64,000 nt of DNA from Candidatus Bathyarchaeota archaeon. GTDB lineage: Archaea; Thermoproteota; Bathyarchaeia; Bathyarchaeales; Bathycorpusculaceae. The stretch covers positions 320,001 to 384,000 of the forward strand of contig CAWDYC010000003.1 in the NCBI GenBank assembly GCA_963806535.1. Direction: 5' to 3'. The translations under genes were made by a program, and so were the position numbers. The notes beneath the pieces are model-generated. The model saw only the letters and a list, made by a program, of their open reading frames with translations. It was not told the DNA's origin and did no database searches. Positions 42,243 through 52,478 of the stretch are shown here, in pieces. Numbering within the stretch: position 1 is the first letter of the stretch; each line of letters starts with the position of its first letter.

Positions 42243-43272
42243 AATAAAGCCCCTCAATGTACTTCGCGTTGTAGAGTCTTTCCTTTAAGTCTACGTTAAA
42301 GTAGTCTGCGACTGGTTGAAGAATTTTTGGATTTGTTTCATAGACTTTCCGCACGTTCGTCAGCACTACATCTAAACCGGCGCGGGTCATCTTTCCTAAG
42401 GGTTGCCTGCATGGGCCAGAAGGCATTCCAAGCACATTCATAACCGTTTTGTAAGCTAACGGATTTCTTGCTTTGCATGCTATTGGTCCATAGGGCGTTT
42501 GCTCGTGAGTCTTCACGGTAACTAAACTGAAAAGCGGTTGTAATGCTTGAGCGATTACACTAGCGGCTTCCTCATTACCATCCAGCAGGTAGTGCACCAT
42601 ATCCACGACTGCGCTTGGAACAACATTAGATATTACTGAAATGACGCCTGTTGCGCCGATGTCTGGCGAAATCATCATTGTATAGGTTTTGTCATCATCG
42701 CCTGAGAGGATGTCGAAGTCTTCTCCGCAGAGCTTACGAGTTAACTCCATGTTTTTTAAATCGCCAGTTGCCTCTTTTACACATCGAACGTTTGAGTATT
42801 GATGATGAAGAATTGCGAGGTCTTGGGGATAAAGCTGAGTGCCAGTCCTGCCAGGAATAATATATGGAATTAACTGAATTTCGGGAAACTGCCTTGCGAT
42901 TGGCTCTATGTACTCTTTGCGAATTTCCATGGAACTTGGCCCGTTATAGTAAGGGTCTACAAGAAGAACACATTTTATACCTAAACTCTGGGCATGTTCA
43001 GTGCCATCGATGGCTTCCTGAGTTGAGTTACTTCCTGTTCCCGCAATTGTTAAGCACCTAGCGCCTGCATATTCATGGGTTTTTTCAATTACTTTATTAT
43101 GTTCGTGCCAGTCCAAAGTAGGGCTTTCGCCTGTTGTGCCAACGGCAAGAATACCTTTTGCGCCTTGTTTTATTTGGAAATCTACAAGCCGACTCAAGCC
43201 TTCGTAATCGACTTGGCGATTACTGGTCATGGGAGTTATTAGTGCAGTGTAACAACCGCTAAATGTAACCAT
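42235..43272 (-). CDS. dapA: 4-hydroxy-tetrahydrodipicolinate synthase
   Basis: ALITP, GTTGES, PYYN.P, VKEA, SGDD. Confidence 0.95.
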   Translation of the reverse strand: MVTFSGCYTALITPMTSNRQVDYEGLSRLVDFQIKQGAKGILAVGTTGESPTLDWHEHNKVIEKTHEYAGARCLTIAGTGSNSTQEAIDGTEHAQSLGIKCVLLVDPYYNGPSSMEIRKEYIEPIARQFPEIQLIPYIIPGRTGTQLYPQDLAILHHQYSNVRCVKEATGDLKNMELTRKLCGEDFDILSGDDDKTYTMMISPDIGATGVISVISNVVPSAVVDMVHYLLDGNEEAASVIAQALQPLFSLVTVKTHEQTPYGPIACKARNPLAYKTVMNVLGMPSGPCRQPLGKMTRAGLDVVLTNVRKVYETNPKILQPVADYFNVDLKERLYNAKYIEGLYYA

Positions 43273-43427
43273 TCTTGATTCCTCAATTAGGCGAGGTACA
43301 ATGCTTTGCTTTCTATATAAGCGTTACGTTTTACTGATTATTTTTACTAAAAACGGACTAGTTCCCCGTGAATGATGCAAATTAAATCAAGACTCTGATT
43401 CTTTTCGTAAATTAACGAATCATGGGT

Positions 43428-43736
43428 CTAACTCTCTAATGGAACAACATAATATGCGCAAAAAATGCCATTATATTCAACATAAAGCCCACGTAGATAT
43501 GCAAGAGCATCATCAAGAAACAAAGCTGAAGGAATCACCAAACGGTAATTATCCGACCGAACAACCTCATCCAATTTACCCGTCTCCCTCTTCACAATCT
43601 TCATTCTTAGAACATTGCGACCAGAGAGATAAACAGCGAATTCTCCGCGGAATTGATCCCCCTTTCGGACATCAATTGTTTTTTTGCCCGAACTTAACCA
43701 TTCGAACGCTTCTTTTTTGGTACGGAAAACTGGCAA
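43428..43736 (-). CDS. ASCH/PUA-like domain protein
   Basis: FEWL.SGKKTIDVR motif; probable TTG start at 43736 after AAGGTG. Confidence 0.7.
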   Translation of the reverse strand: MPVFRTKKEAFEWLSSGKKTIDVRKGDQFRGEFAVYLSGRNVLRMKIVKRETGKLDEVVRSDNYRLVIPSALFLDDALAYLRGLYVEYNGIFCAYYVVPLES

Positions 43737-43852
43737 TGTCACACCTTGAATTGCAACGTTAATGATTAGAAGATAAACTTTCGGTAAGAAGTCTGATAAC
43801 AAATTAAATGAAGTATGAAAAAATGGGTTGAAATTTTGGAAAGAACTCGGTT

Positions 43853-44050
43853 TTAACCTTTGCCTTTCTCTTCTTTGCCGAAATACTTGGTCCACTTTAG
43901 TTTACGTGCATCTCGTTTGAATTGCAAGGAACTTTTTTTGCATTTGCCAGAATCGAACCAGAGAATTGATCCATCGTTTTTGACGAACATCATGCCTGTG
44001 CCAGCTGGGAAATCAGCACCACAGAACGAACATTTACGGTTTTTTGGCAT
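43853..44050 (-). CDS. rpl24e: 50S ribosomal protein L24e
   Basis: CSFCG..F..GTGMMFVKNDG, RKLKWT. Confidence 0.96.
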   Translation of the reverse strand: MPKNRKCSFCGADFPAGTGMMFVKNDGSILWFDSGKCKKSSLQFKRDARKLKWTKYFGKEEKGKG

Positions 44051-44071
44051 GACAATTTTTCTCCAATGTTG

Positions 44072-44290
44072 TTATCTTGTGATTTTCTTAGCTTCTCTTT
44101 CTGTTTCTCGCAGCATCAGAATATCTTGAACTCGCACTGGTCCTTTAACATTGCGTGTGATAATTCTACCTTTATCTTTGCCTTCCATTATGCGCACACG
44201 AACCTGTGAGATTTCGCCAGTGACACCAGTTCGACCTATGACTTGAATAACCTCTGACGGAATCGGTTCTTCAGCTGCTTCTTTACTCAT
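44072..44290 (-). CDS. rps28e: 30S ribosomal protein S28e
   Basis: [24 protein letters not shown]. Confidence 0.97.
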   Translation of the reverse strand: MSKEAAEEPIPSEVIQVIGRTGVTGEISQVRVRIMEGKDKGRIITRNVKGPVRVQDILMLRETEREAKKITR

Positions 44291-44670
44291 TACTGAGTTC
44301 CTCGTTTAACCTGGTCAATTCGTGTTACTATTTCTTTGATTAGGCCTGCGGCTTCGCCTTCTTTGAGAATGCATGCTGCGGCACATTGAACGTCTATACC
44401 TATTGCGGCGCCTAGTTTTTCTTTGCTTGGGACGAACACGTATGGTATTTTTCTTTCTTCGCAGAGAAGCGGTAAATGAGCCACTACTTCCGGTGGATCA
44501 ACATCTTCAGCTATAACGACAAGTTTCGCTATGGATCGCTCAACAGCTTTTGTAGCTTCATTTGTTCCTTTCCTAACTACTCCTGATTTAGAAGCAATCG
44601 TTAGGGCTTCATAGGCTGCATCTACGATTTCTTTCGGTACTTCATATTTTACATAGAATGGTTTAGACAT
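44290..44670 (-). CDS. rpl7ae: 50S ribosomal protein L7Ae
   Basis: [27 protein letters not shown]. Confidence 0.97.
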   Translation of the reverse strand: MSKPFYVKYEVPKEIVDAAYEALTIASKSGVVRKGTNEATKAVERSIAKLVVIAEDVDPPEVVAHLPLLCEERKIPYVFVPSKEKLGAAIGIDVQCAAACILKEGEAAGLIKEIVTRIDQVKRGTQ

Positions 44671-44805
44671 ATTAGCCTCACCCTTTTAAGGCACAGTCTT
44701 ATCCACACTTCTTATTTAAGAAGCTTTCTGCTGCAAAACTTCAGTCTAAACTTTCAGCTTTTAAAGCTCTTAGAAAGCTTTAAATAAGCTATTACGAGTT
44801 CCTAC

Positions 44806-45081
44806 ATGTTTTTCGAGAGGGGAATGGCGCATTTGCAGAAACTGGGCAGAATAAGGGCGTTAACTCCATCAAAAAACATGATTGTTAAAACTGAACAAGC
44901 TCCCAGAATTGGCTCAGAAGTTATTGATGAGAACTTAAATGTTGTAGGTAAAGTTTTTGATATAATAGGTCCAGTATCCGCTCCTTATGCAGTTGTCAAA
45001 CCAACAATTAGGGAACCCGCTAAATTATTGGATAAACCGGTTTACTTGCTTCTCTCGAAAACGACACGGAGCAAAAAATGA
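44806..45081 (+). CDS. gar1: H/ACA RNP protein Gar1/Naf1
   Basis: VGKVFDIIGPV..PY; typical position upstream of tfb. Confidence 0.88.
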   Translation: MFFERGMAHLQKLGRIRALTPSKNMIVKTEQAPRIGSEVIDENLNVVGKVFDIIGPVSAPYAVVKPTIREPAKLLDKPVYLLLSKTTRSKK

Positions 45082-46041
45082 ATGAGCAGAGACAGCAAGT
45101 TAGAAATAGATCTAACACCAAAAACAGAACCTGCCAAAATCCAATCATGTCCTGAATGCGGCAGCACCCGACTTATGCGCGACTATGAATGTGCCGAAAT
45201 AGTTTGTATGGACTGCGGTTTTGTTGTAGCAGCCAAAATAGCAGATCGGGGACCTGAATGGAGAGCCTTTGATGATGAACAAAGATCAAAGCGCACTAGA
45301 GTTGGAGCACCCTTAACTTATACAATCCACGACAAAGGTTTGTCAACAACAATTGATTGGCATGACCGAGACATTTATGGAAAAAGTCTTTCACCAGGGC
45401 AGAAAGCCCAAGTTTATCGCCTTAGAAAATGGCAAAGGCGTATCAGAGTTTCAGACGCTACTGAAAGGAATTTGGCATTTGCATTGTCTGAAATTACAAA
45501 GATTTCTAACAACTTGAACTTGCCAAAAAACATTCTTGAAACAGCCTCAGTGATTTACAGAAAAGCAGTGAAAGAACGCTTAATTCGAGGCAGATCAATT
45601 CAAGGGGTTACGTCAGCAGCAATTTACTTGGCATGCAGACAATGCGGGTTACCTCGAACTTTAGACGAAATAGCTCAATCTTCAACAGTGAATAAAAAGG
45701 AAGTTGGCAGAAGCTACCGTTTCCTTATCAGAGAATTAAACTATTCAATTCCACCGCTTAGGCCAAGCCAATACATAACCAAGTTTTCTAACCAGTTGAC
45801 AATGCAGGGAAAAGTCGAAGAAATCGCACATAAGATCTTGGCGGCTGCAAAAGAACTAAAACTCACATCAGGAAGAGGACCAACAGGAATCGCGGCAGCA
45901 GCAAGTTACGTAGCATCCGTATTGACTGGTGAGAGAAAGACCCAGAGAGAAATCGCGGAGATTGCACAAGTCACTGAGGTTACCATAAGGAACAGATACA
46001 AAGAACTCGTTGAACGCTTAATGTTCCAGATAAGTATCTAA
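45082..46041 (+). CDS. tfb: Transcription initiation factor IIB
   Basis: CPECG..C..CG zinc ribbon, GPEWRAF, cyclin repeats, [13 protein letters not shown]. Confidence 0.98.
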   Translation: MSRDSKLEIDLTPKTEPAKIQSCPECGSTRLMRDYECAEIVCMDCGFVVAAKIADRGPEWRAFDDEQRSKRTRVGAPLTYTIHDKGLSTTIDWHDRDIYGKSLSPGQKAQVYRLRKWQRRIRVSDATERNLAFALSEITKISNNLNLPKNILETASVIYRKAVKERLIRGRSIQGVTSAAIYLACRQCGLPRTLDEIAQSSTVNKKEVGRSYRFLIRELNYSIPPLRPSQYITKFSNQLTMQGKVEEIAHKILAAAKELKLTSGRGPTGIAAAASYVASVLTGERKTQREIAEIAQVTEVTIRNRYKELVERLMFQISI

Positions 46042-46078
46042 TTCCTTTTTTTATTTTGTTTAAGACGGGTTTCAGCTA

Positions 46079-46372
46079 ATGGTTAACTCAGACGGGGCAA
46101 AACTCGATGCACCGAAAATCGAAGAGTTAGTTGTTAAACTTAGGCAAATACAGTTAGATCTTAAGCTGAGCTTATCTGATTTACATCAAAAAATAGAAAC
46201 CTTAGATACAAAACCGGACTTGTTAAGCAACAACCCTGAAAGTTTCCAGGAAAACGCAGAATCCCGGGCAACCAACTTGGAAGCTGAAGTAAAACAACTG
46301 CGTGAACAAATTACAGCCATTAGAGAACTTTTAGGGTTGAATAAGGGAAAAAACCTTACTGATTCCAATTAG
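46079..46372 (+). CDS. Small coiled-coil hypothetical protein
   Basis: Heptad Leu pattern, 97 aa. Confidence 0.6.
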   Translation: MVNSDGAKLDAPKIEELVVKLRQIQLDLKLSLSDLHQKIETLDTKPDLLSNNPESFQENAESRATNLEAEVKQLREQITAIRELLGLNKGKNLTDSN

Positions 46373-46415
46373 GAGCACAGTTATTCTTTTAAGCACGAAA
46401 TAGCTATCCTAAGAC

Positions 46416-47030
46416 ATGCCCTATAGATTTACCTTTGACCTGTCAAAGGTTCCGCGCTTTTTCTTCACAGAAATTGCTACAGTAAGCTATCAAAAAGGCA
46501 TGCATAAAAGTCTACTTGATAAGCTACAAAACCTCATAATTAAATTTAGAATTGAAGAGGCTACTGGCCTTAACATTAATGATGCAATTGTTTTGCTTCA
46601 GGATTTTATTGATGTCCAAGCTGTTAACATGATTGAACGGAATAAATTCTTGCAAACCAAGAAAAGAGCTCTTTTCCTGCCTCACTGCTCAAGAAAATAC
46701 TTGGACTGCCGATGTAAAGCCTCTTTTAACCCAGATATTCCATCATACACTTGTGCTCACTGCTCAGAAGATTGCTTAGTAAACCAGTCCTCCAGACAGG
46801 CTGCAACAAAAGGTTACGATGTTTTCATTGTACCAGGTGGCTCATGTATTCCTAAAATTTTGAAAAACACCAATTACGAAGGCGTTGTAGGTGTTGCTTG
46901 TGGAGAGGAAATCAAAATGTTTGGTCCTTTTTTGAATAGTATAGGTCTTGCAGGTCAAGCTATACCGCTGATTAAGAACGGCTGTGCAAACACCGTTTTC
47001 AACATGGACACACTCGCTAACGCTCTGTAG
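46416..47030 (+). CDS. DUF116 family Cys-rich protein
   Basis: LFLPHC, C..C..C, VPGGS, GVAC..E, GC.NT. Confidence 0.85.
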   Translation: MPYRFTFDLSKVPRFFFTEIATVSYQKGMHKSLLDKLQNLIIKFRIEEATGLNINDAIVLLQDFIDVQAVNMIERNKFLQTKKRALFLPHCSRKYLDCRCKASFNPDIPSYTCAHCSEDCLVNQSSRQAATKGYDVFIVPGGSCIPKILKNTNYEGVVGVACGEEIKMFGPFLNSIGLAGQAIPLIKNGCANTVFNMDTLANAL

Positions 47031-47186
47031 TCGTCATCAACAGGTTACTTATCAAGAAACCGAGATTTATCAGAATTGGATTGCCTAAAGTACTCCATTT
47101 CCTGAAAAAACTTGAAACTTCAGAGGGGCTTTTTAAAATCTGGAGAAACTAGATGTTTTACTAAGAAACAAAATAAAAGAAACCTG

Positions 47187-47348
47187 TTACTTTACAATTT
47201 CTCGTTTCTTCCAGCGCAGGTTCTTACCCTTACACTTTCTGCATTTTATTGCGGTTGAAGCATTACGGGAACCGCAGTCTCTGCAGATTTTCATGTACAA
47301 CCTATGCTGTTGCGCTATGGCTTTTTTTACTGGATCTAATATTGGCAT
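47187..47348 (-). CDS. rpl40e: 50S ribosomal protein L40e (absent from the ORF track)
   Basis: Manual translation MPILDPVKKAIAQQHRLYMKICRDCGSRNASTAIKCRKCKGKNLRWKKREIVK*. Confidence 0.95.
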   Translation of the reverse strand: MPILDPVKKAIAQQHRLYMKICRDCGSRNASTAIKCRKCKGKNLRWKKREIVK

Positions 47349-47530
47349 TTATTGTTAACCTTCTATTTTGGCTAAGTCTTTGATGGTTAAGTATCAAATA
47401 TACCTTTTGTCTGAACTTTACATTTTGCTGAAAACGAAAAAAAGCATTCAAACCAGCGAGAAAGGTGTTGACGATGCATTCTAGCCTTCTGGTGTTCTGT
47501 GCCTTGTGAATAGATTCGTAAATTGAAAAA

Positions 47531-47998
47531 TTATTGAATCTCTTCTATTGTGACATAGGAGCGTGTGTCTTCTATTCCATCGATATTGTAGAGTTTTTTT
47601 AATATTTCATCTAGATTATCCCGTTCAACAATGATTAAAGCATCCACTTCGCCAGCTATGCGGAACGCTCTTGAAACGGCGAGCTGACGAATTTGGTCGT
47701 ATACATGAATTCGTTTAATTGGCGCCACTTTTAGAAGAATAAAGGCTGGGGTTGTGGATACGCCAAGAGCGTTTAAGCCTTTGTCGGTGACGTCGATAAA
47801 TCCTCTTCCGGTTCGAATGTATCCGCGGTTTTTTAGTTTGCGTAGGTGAACGTTTAATGCTTGCCTGCTGACGCCTAATTGGCTTGATAATTCATCTTGT
47901 TTAATCCTTAACGTATAGGTATTTGTGGATTTTCCTTTTTCGTATAGTGTTTTTAAAAGTTGAATTGAACGTTTAGTTAATGGTTCCAAATTGGTCAC
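47531..47998 (-). CDS. Lrp/AsnC-family regulator
   Basis: HTH QDELS..LGVSRQALNVHL; C-terminal RAM-like RIAGEVDA..I.GI.DTRS. Confidence 0.85.
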   Translation of the reverse strand: MTNLEPLTKRSIQLLKTLYEKGKSTNTYTLRIKQDELSSQLGVSRQALNVHLRKLKNRGYIRTGRGFIDVTDKGLNALGVSTTPAFILLKVAPIKRIHVYDQIRQLAVSRAFRIAGEVDALIIVERDNLDEILKKLYNIDGIEDTRSYVTIEEIQ

Positions 47999-48236
47999 TT
48001 TTGTCGTAATTTGTTAAGTTAAACCTTTACAATAGTGAGGTTGCTTAATAATTTAATGCCGAAACGCATTGTTAGAGTAATACATCTGACGATAAGGCAC
48101 AACATTCGATAATCAAAAATACACTATAACAACGGTGAGGAATGTTCAAATGTTCAGCTAGAACGTAACGCTTATACCACAATGTATTTATTTTCAGAAA
48201 AATCTTTACTGAAGCCACTTAAAAAGTAAACTAGGA

Positions 48237-48527
48237 GTGAAGCGAGGCGTGACGGAAAGCAGCGCAGTCTTAATCGGCAAAAAACCAGTCATGAACTATG
48301 TACTCGCATGCATCACTTTCTTCCATGGCGGAGCAAAAGAAGTCAGCATTAAAGCACGGGGCAGATCCATCAGCAGAGCAATAGACGTAGCTGAAGTTGT
48401 CAGACACAGATTTCTTCCAGATGTAAAAATCAAAAGCATCGGAATTGGAACAGACCAATTTGAACATGAAGAAGAAGGCACCTCAGCAACTAATGTAAGC
48501 ACAATCGAAATAACATTAGTCAGATAA
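48237..48527 (+). CDS. albA: Chromatin protein Alba
   Basis: [33 protein letters not shown]. Confidence 0.96.
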   Translation: MKRGVTESSAVLIGKKPVMNYVLACITFFHGGAKEVSIKARGRSISRAIDVAEVVRHRFLPDVKIKSIGIGTDQFEHEEEGTSATNVSTIEITLVR

Positions 48528-48572
48528 TCACAAAACCGCTTACTCCTTACTTTGCAGGATAAAAGACAAAAA

Positions 48573-49082
48573 ATGAAAACGGAACTATGCAGTTTCTGCT
48601 TAAAAAGCGGCATATTATGCCAAAAGTGTTCATCTAAAGTAAAGTCTGGCGAAATCAGCGACATAGACTTGAAAATAGCCCGTTTACTACTTTCGCTAGA
48701 AGAAAAGTATCCTTCCCTGCAAAACGTCTGCTTCTATAAGGCAGTTGATGTTGAAAAAACCTTAGCCATTATAGTTGGACATGGGGATGTTCCGAAACTT
48801 TTAGGTTATAGCGGCAAAATCATCAAAACGATAGGCGATGAAACAGGCAAGAACATTAAGGTTTTAGAATATGGTGTTGATGATCGCAAATTCCTAGAAG
48901 ACTTGTTCATACCCTTCAGCATACTAACAATCAATACTATTTGGCTTCCAGACGGAACAACTGAAACCCGAGTTATCCTTAAAAGGAAACGGGGCGCACA
49001 GTTGCCTTTTGACGTTAAGGCTTTAAAGGAAATAGCTAGTAAAGTACGTAAAATGTCCTTACGCGTTGAAATTGCAGATTAG
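48573..49082 (+). CDS. Archaeal NusA-like KH protein with N-terminal Cys cluster
   Basis: C..C.KSG.LC.KC; LG..GK.IK; IWLPDG; typical alba-nusA-like-aspS context. Confidence 0.8.
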   Translation: MKTELCSFCLKSGILCQKCSSKVKSGEISDIDLKIARLLLSLEEKYPSLQNVCFYKAVDVEKTLAIIVGHGDVPKLLGYSGKIIKTIGDETGKNIKVLEYGVDDRKFLEDLFIPFSILTINTIWLPDGTTETRVILKRKRGAQLPFDVKALKEIASKVRKMSLRVEIAD

Positions 49083-49098
49083 GGATTGGCGATAAACC

Positions 49099-50418
49099 AT
49101 GAACTTGGACTCTCTTGGTGAATGGACTAGAACTCATTATACTAGCAATGTAACATCTGAATTTGACGGTCAAGAAGTCACTCTTTTCGGTTGGGTTCAA
49201 GAAATCCGCGATTTAGGCGGCATCCGCTTCATTATACTTCAAGACCGCGAAGGAACTATCCAAATTACCATTCCTAAGAAAAGAATCGCGCCGGAAGTTT
49301 TAGCTAAATCAGATTTACTTCAGAAAAGATTCTGCTTAGCCGTCAAAGGCTCAGTTAAAAAAACTAACATGACGCCAAGAGGCATAGAAATAATCCCAAG
49401 CGCCATCAAAATCTTAAACACTGCTATTGAAGCTTTGCCCATTGACATTACAGGTAAAACTCCTGCTAATATTGAAGCTCGTTTAGACGCGAGAGCTTTA
49501 GATCTGACGCAGGAGAAGGTGTTAGCAGCTTTCAAAATTCAACATACCGCTCTCAACGCAATAAGAGACTATTTGTTTGAGAAGGGATTTTTAGAAGTTC
49601 ACACGCCACGCATTATAGCATCAGCAACAGAAGGCGGCGCAGAACTTTTCTCTGTTAAATATTTTGATCAAAAAGCCTACCTTGCTCAAAGCCCACAACT
49701 CTACAAAGAAGAATTGACATTGAGCTTTGAGAAAGTGTTTGAGGTTGGCCCATTCTTCAGGGCAGAGGAATCTCATACGCGAAGGCACCTTAGTGAGTTC
49801 ACATCTGTTGATATTGAGCAGGCTTTTGCTAATGCAGAAGAGGTCATGACGCTTCTGGAACAAGTTATACATCATGCTTGCGTTACTGTTAGAGAAAAAT
49901 GTGTGGCTGAGCTTTCAGCATTAAAATATAAGTTTGAAGTGCCCGAGGTTCCATTCAAACGTTTAACCTATACTCAAGTTCTCGAGGACCTTAAGGGTCA
50001 AGGCGTGGCGATTCCATGGGGCGAAGACATCCCAACCGAAGCATTCCGAGAACTCGCCAAACTCTACCCATTCTTCTACTTCATAACTGAATGGCCGACC
50101 CATGCAAAGGCCTTCTACATTAAACCCCGGGATGACAAACCAGAAGTCTGCGAAGGCTTCGATCTGATGTGGCGTTACATCGAGCTTGTTTCAGGCGGCA
50201 CAAGAATCAGCCAAAAAGACCAGTTAATGAATAGGATGCAAGAAAAAGAGCTTAACCCTGAATCCTTCAAATACCATCTACAAGCCTTCGACTATGGAAT
50301 GCCGCCTCATGCAGGTTGGGCGATTGGGCTCGAACGACTAACGATGATTTTGAGCGGGAAAAAGAATATCCGAGAAGTAACTCTGTATCCACGGGATCGA
50401 GCAAGGCTGACTCCTTAG
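49099..50418 (+). CDS. aspS: Aspartate-tRNA ligase (archaeal type)
   Basis: GWV..IRDLGG.F, EGGAELF, YLAQSPQLYK, FRAEES.T.RHL, GMPPHAGW.IG.ER. Confidence 0.97.
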   Translation: MNLDSLGEWTRTHYTSNVTSEFDGQEVTLFGWVQEIRDLGGIRFIILQDREGTIQITIPKKRIAPEVLAKSDLLQKRFCLAVKGSVKKTNMTPRGIEIIPSAIKILNTAIEALPIDITGKTPANIEARLDARALDLTQEKVLAAFKIQHTALNAIRDYLFEKGFLEVHTPRIIASATEGGAELFSVKYFDQKAYLAQSPQLYKEELTLSFEKVFEVGPFFRAEESHTRRHLSEFTSVDIEQAFANAEEVMTLLEQVIHHACVTVREKCVAELSALKYKFEVPEVPFKRLTYTQVLEDLKGQGVAIPWGEDIPTEAFRELAKLYPFFYFITEWPTHAKAFYIKPRDDKPEVCEGFDLMWRYIELVSGGTRISQKDQLMNRMQEKELNPESFKYHLQAFDYGMPPHAGWAIGLERLTMILSGKKNIREVTLYPRDRARLTP

Positions 50419-50464
50419 ATCGAGTTCAGCTTTTGGGTTTTGAAATCTGCATTTCTTTATTGAA

Positions 50465-50660
50465 AAATTTTAAATTTTATTTTGAAGCTTTTTCTTCAAT
50501 TTTGACGCTTGGGATTTTGGGGGAAGTTTGGATTGGGCCTGGATTGACGAAAGCTTGGAGATGGCGGCTTTTGGTTTTTAAAGTTGTGAAGGAATTTGAC
50601 GTGGTTTTGCGCTGTTTTGACGTGATCTTGCGCATACTTGACGTGTTTTTGCGTATTTTG
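50465..50660 (-). repeat. Dispersed ~195-bp repeat, copy 2 (inverted relative to copy 1)
   Basis: TTGACGTG boxes ending at 50603, 50624, 50645; homologous to 22200-22394. Confidence 0.9.
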
Positions 50661-50808
50661 AACGAACAAAAAATTTGCGCCATATCTTCTTCGCGGTTTG
50701 GCGGCCAATGATTTAGAACTCAAAATAGGTGACCGGCCAAATTGAAGTACGACACAGCGAAAAGTCATTCAAGAAGCTTAAACCAAAAGCCGCAGCCCAC
50801 TTAGAACC

Positions 50809-50840
50809 TTGACTAAAATCAAGCCAGGAGATTTTACGAA
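50809..50840 (+). repeat. Degenerate copy of the array intergenic element
   Basis: TTGACTAAAATCAAGCCAGGAGATTTTACGAA vs consensus TTGACTAA-N4-AGTCAAGAGAYCTTTACGA. Confidence 0.55.
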
Positions 50841-50900
50841 TACGATTTTACGAAATTAAACTTATCAATTCTAAAAAATAGTAGCTATTGATAATAATTA

Positions 50901-51350
50901 TCACCTAGTGTCCAAATGAAAGCCTAACGCTAGCAAAACAAAGTAAATTACTATTGTCATGACAATCATAACAAATATGATTAACAAAACCTCGAACATG
51001 CCACCTCGTGGTTTGAGTTTTCCATCGGCGAGCACTGGGAAAGCTATCATCCAATCAAGAACATCATGTCCTTCTTCAGTAAGCATGTACCTGTCGCTAA
51101 TGTCTTCCGAACCAACTTCTTGTTGAAATTGATAATTCTCAGCTTTTGCTTTTGTAACTAGGTCACGCAAAATCTTTAATTCATTGTAGAGTTGCATTTG
51201 GTCATCAATTTTTACGTCTTTCATTAATTCATCAAAACTTAGTTTGTCGTGCTGACCTAACTTTAAAAGTATCTTTTGCCTGATTGGGTCTTTTAAGAAT
51301 TCACGCCATCGAGCAAACCTATCCGCCTCGGTCATAACATCTTGTTCCAC
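50901..51350 (-). CDS. Small wHTH protein with C-terminal TM helix
   Basis: LKDPIRQKIL..LSFDEL, YMLTEEG wing, hydrophobic C-terminus. Confidence 0.7.
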   Translation of the reverse strand: MEQDVMTEADRFARWREFLKDPIRQKILLKLGQHDKLSFDELMKDVKIDDQMQLYNELKILRDLVTKAKAENYQFQQEVGSEDISDRYMLTEEGHDVLDWMIAFPVLADGKLKPRGGMFEVLLIIFVMIVMTIVIYFVLLALGFHLDTR

Positions 51351-51476
51351 AATGTACCAAAATTAATCTTTCCCAACTTCACCTACTCAACTAATTCAAA
51401 ATTCTTGATAGATGTTGTGTTCTGACTACAGTCCTTTCTTCACAAACTTAGATAAAATTCCCTCCCGCAAAAGCAC

Positions 51477-51530
51477 AGTCAATAAACTTTGAATAACCCC
51501 AGTCAAGAGACCTTACGAATAGCTTTTATT
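51477..51530 (+). promoter_or_regulatory. Array element (double GTMAA-N6-TTKAC) plus BRE/TATA
   Basis: AGTCAAtaaactTTGAAtaacccCAGTCAAgagaccTTACGAATAGCTTTTAT upstream of ATG 51563. Confidence 0.8.
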
Positions 51531-51562
51531 CAAAGGTAAACAGCATAGGAAAAAGAGAACCA

Positions 51563-52361
51563 ATGCAATTGACACGACCGAAAATTAATGCTAATATCTT
51601 AACATCAGGAACAGTTCTAACAATATTTGGAGCCCTATTTTTGCAATGGGCATTACAGCCAGAAATGGAACCTTACAACTTGTTTTCTGCATTTATGCTT
51701 TACTTCGCAAGTCTAGTTTGTATTGTGACAGGTATCTCACTCATTGCCTTGAGCTTTACCGCTTTAACAAACACTATAAAGAAAACTTTCCTGAAAAAAG
51801 ATGAACTAAACGATTGGTTCAAAGGGACTATCTTTCTTAATGGCCTATTGCTTGTTCTCTACATATCGTTTGACGCTTTCGCCTGGTTCAACATAGTAGG
51901 CATATTTTCATTTAGCGGATATTATTCAACATACAACTTCTTGATTAATACCATTTTCATGTCTAGAACGGGCACTTTCTTTTTCCAAAATACGCCTTTA
52001 ATGTTTTTTATAACATCGTCTTTTGTAAATATCGCGTATATGTCTATAATGATTTACAAAAACAAAAGCAGAGGTCAATGAAAACCCGAGAAATGCCTGG
52101 CTGAAAGTACCCATCACCATTTTGCTAAACATTCTCCTAATAATTTCCTACATAGGACTGGATGATTTTGCATGGCATAACATGACAAATGGACATACAA
52201 TAAGTTCACATTACAGCTTATGGGTAAGTTCCTTCACAATAAACTTTGGAGACACCTTAACATACACCAACATACCTTTACTCATTTTTGCCTTGACATT
52301 GATTCTGAATGGGTTGGTAGTGATCAAAACCAATAAACAATTTAGGGTCAACCGTTTGTAG
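51563..52361 (+). pseudogene. Multi-TM membrane protein with internal duplication, probably one gene frameshifted near 52060 (ORFs 51563-52081 and 52122-52361)
   Basis: NDWFK..LNGLLLVLYISFDAFAWFN..QNTPL repeats as NAWLK..LNILLIISYIGLDDFAWHN..TNIPL in the shifted frame. Confidence 0.6.
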
Positions 52362-52399
52362 ACCTTTTCAAATTGCATAATCCACATTATTTTTAGCCA

Positions 52400-52455
52400 A
52401 GTAAACAAACATTGACTAACCTCAGTCAAGAGACCTTTACGAGAAGCCTTTTATC
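52400..52455 (+). promoter_or_regulatory. Array element (full double palindrome) plus BRE/TATA
   Basis: GTAAAcaaacaTTGACtaacctcaGTCAAgagaccTTTACGAGAAGCCTTTTAT; ATG about 25 nt after the TATA box. Confidence 0.88.
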
Positions 52456-52478
52456 GTAAACTCTTTCTAATACCAAGC

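Noticed and set aside
43273-43427. Lysine riboswitch or attenuator upstream of dapA
   Set aside because: A TATA-like box lies about 45 nt from the start; the region is AT-rich with no structured leader.
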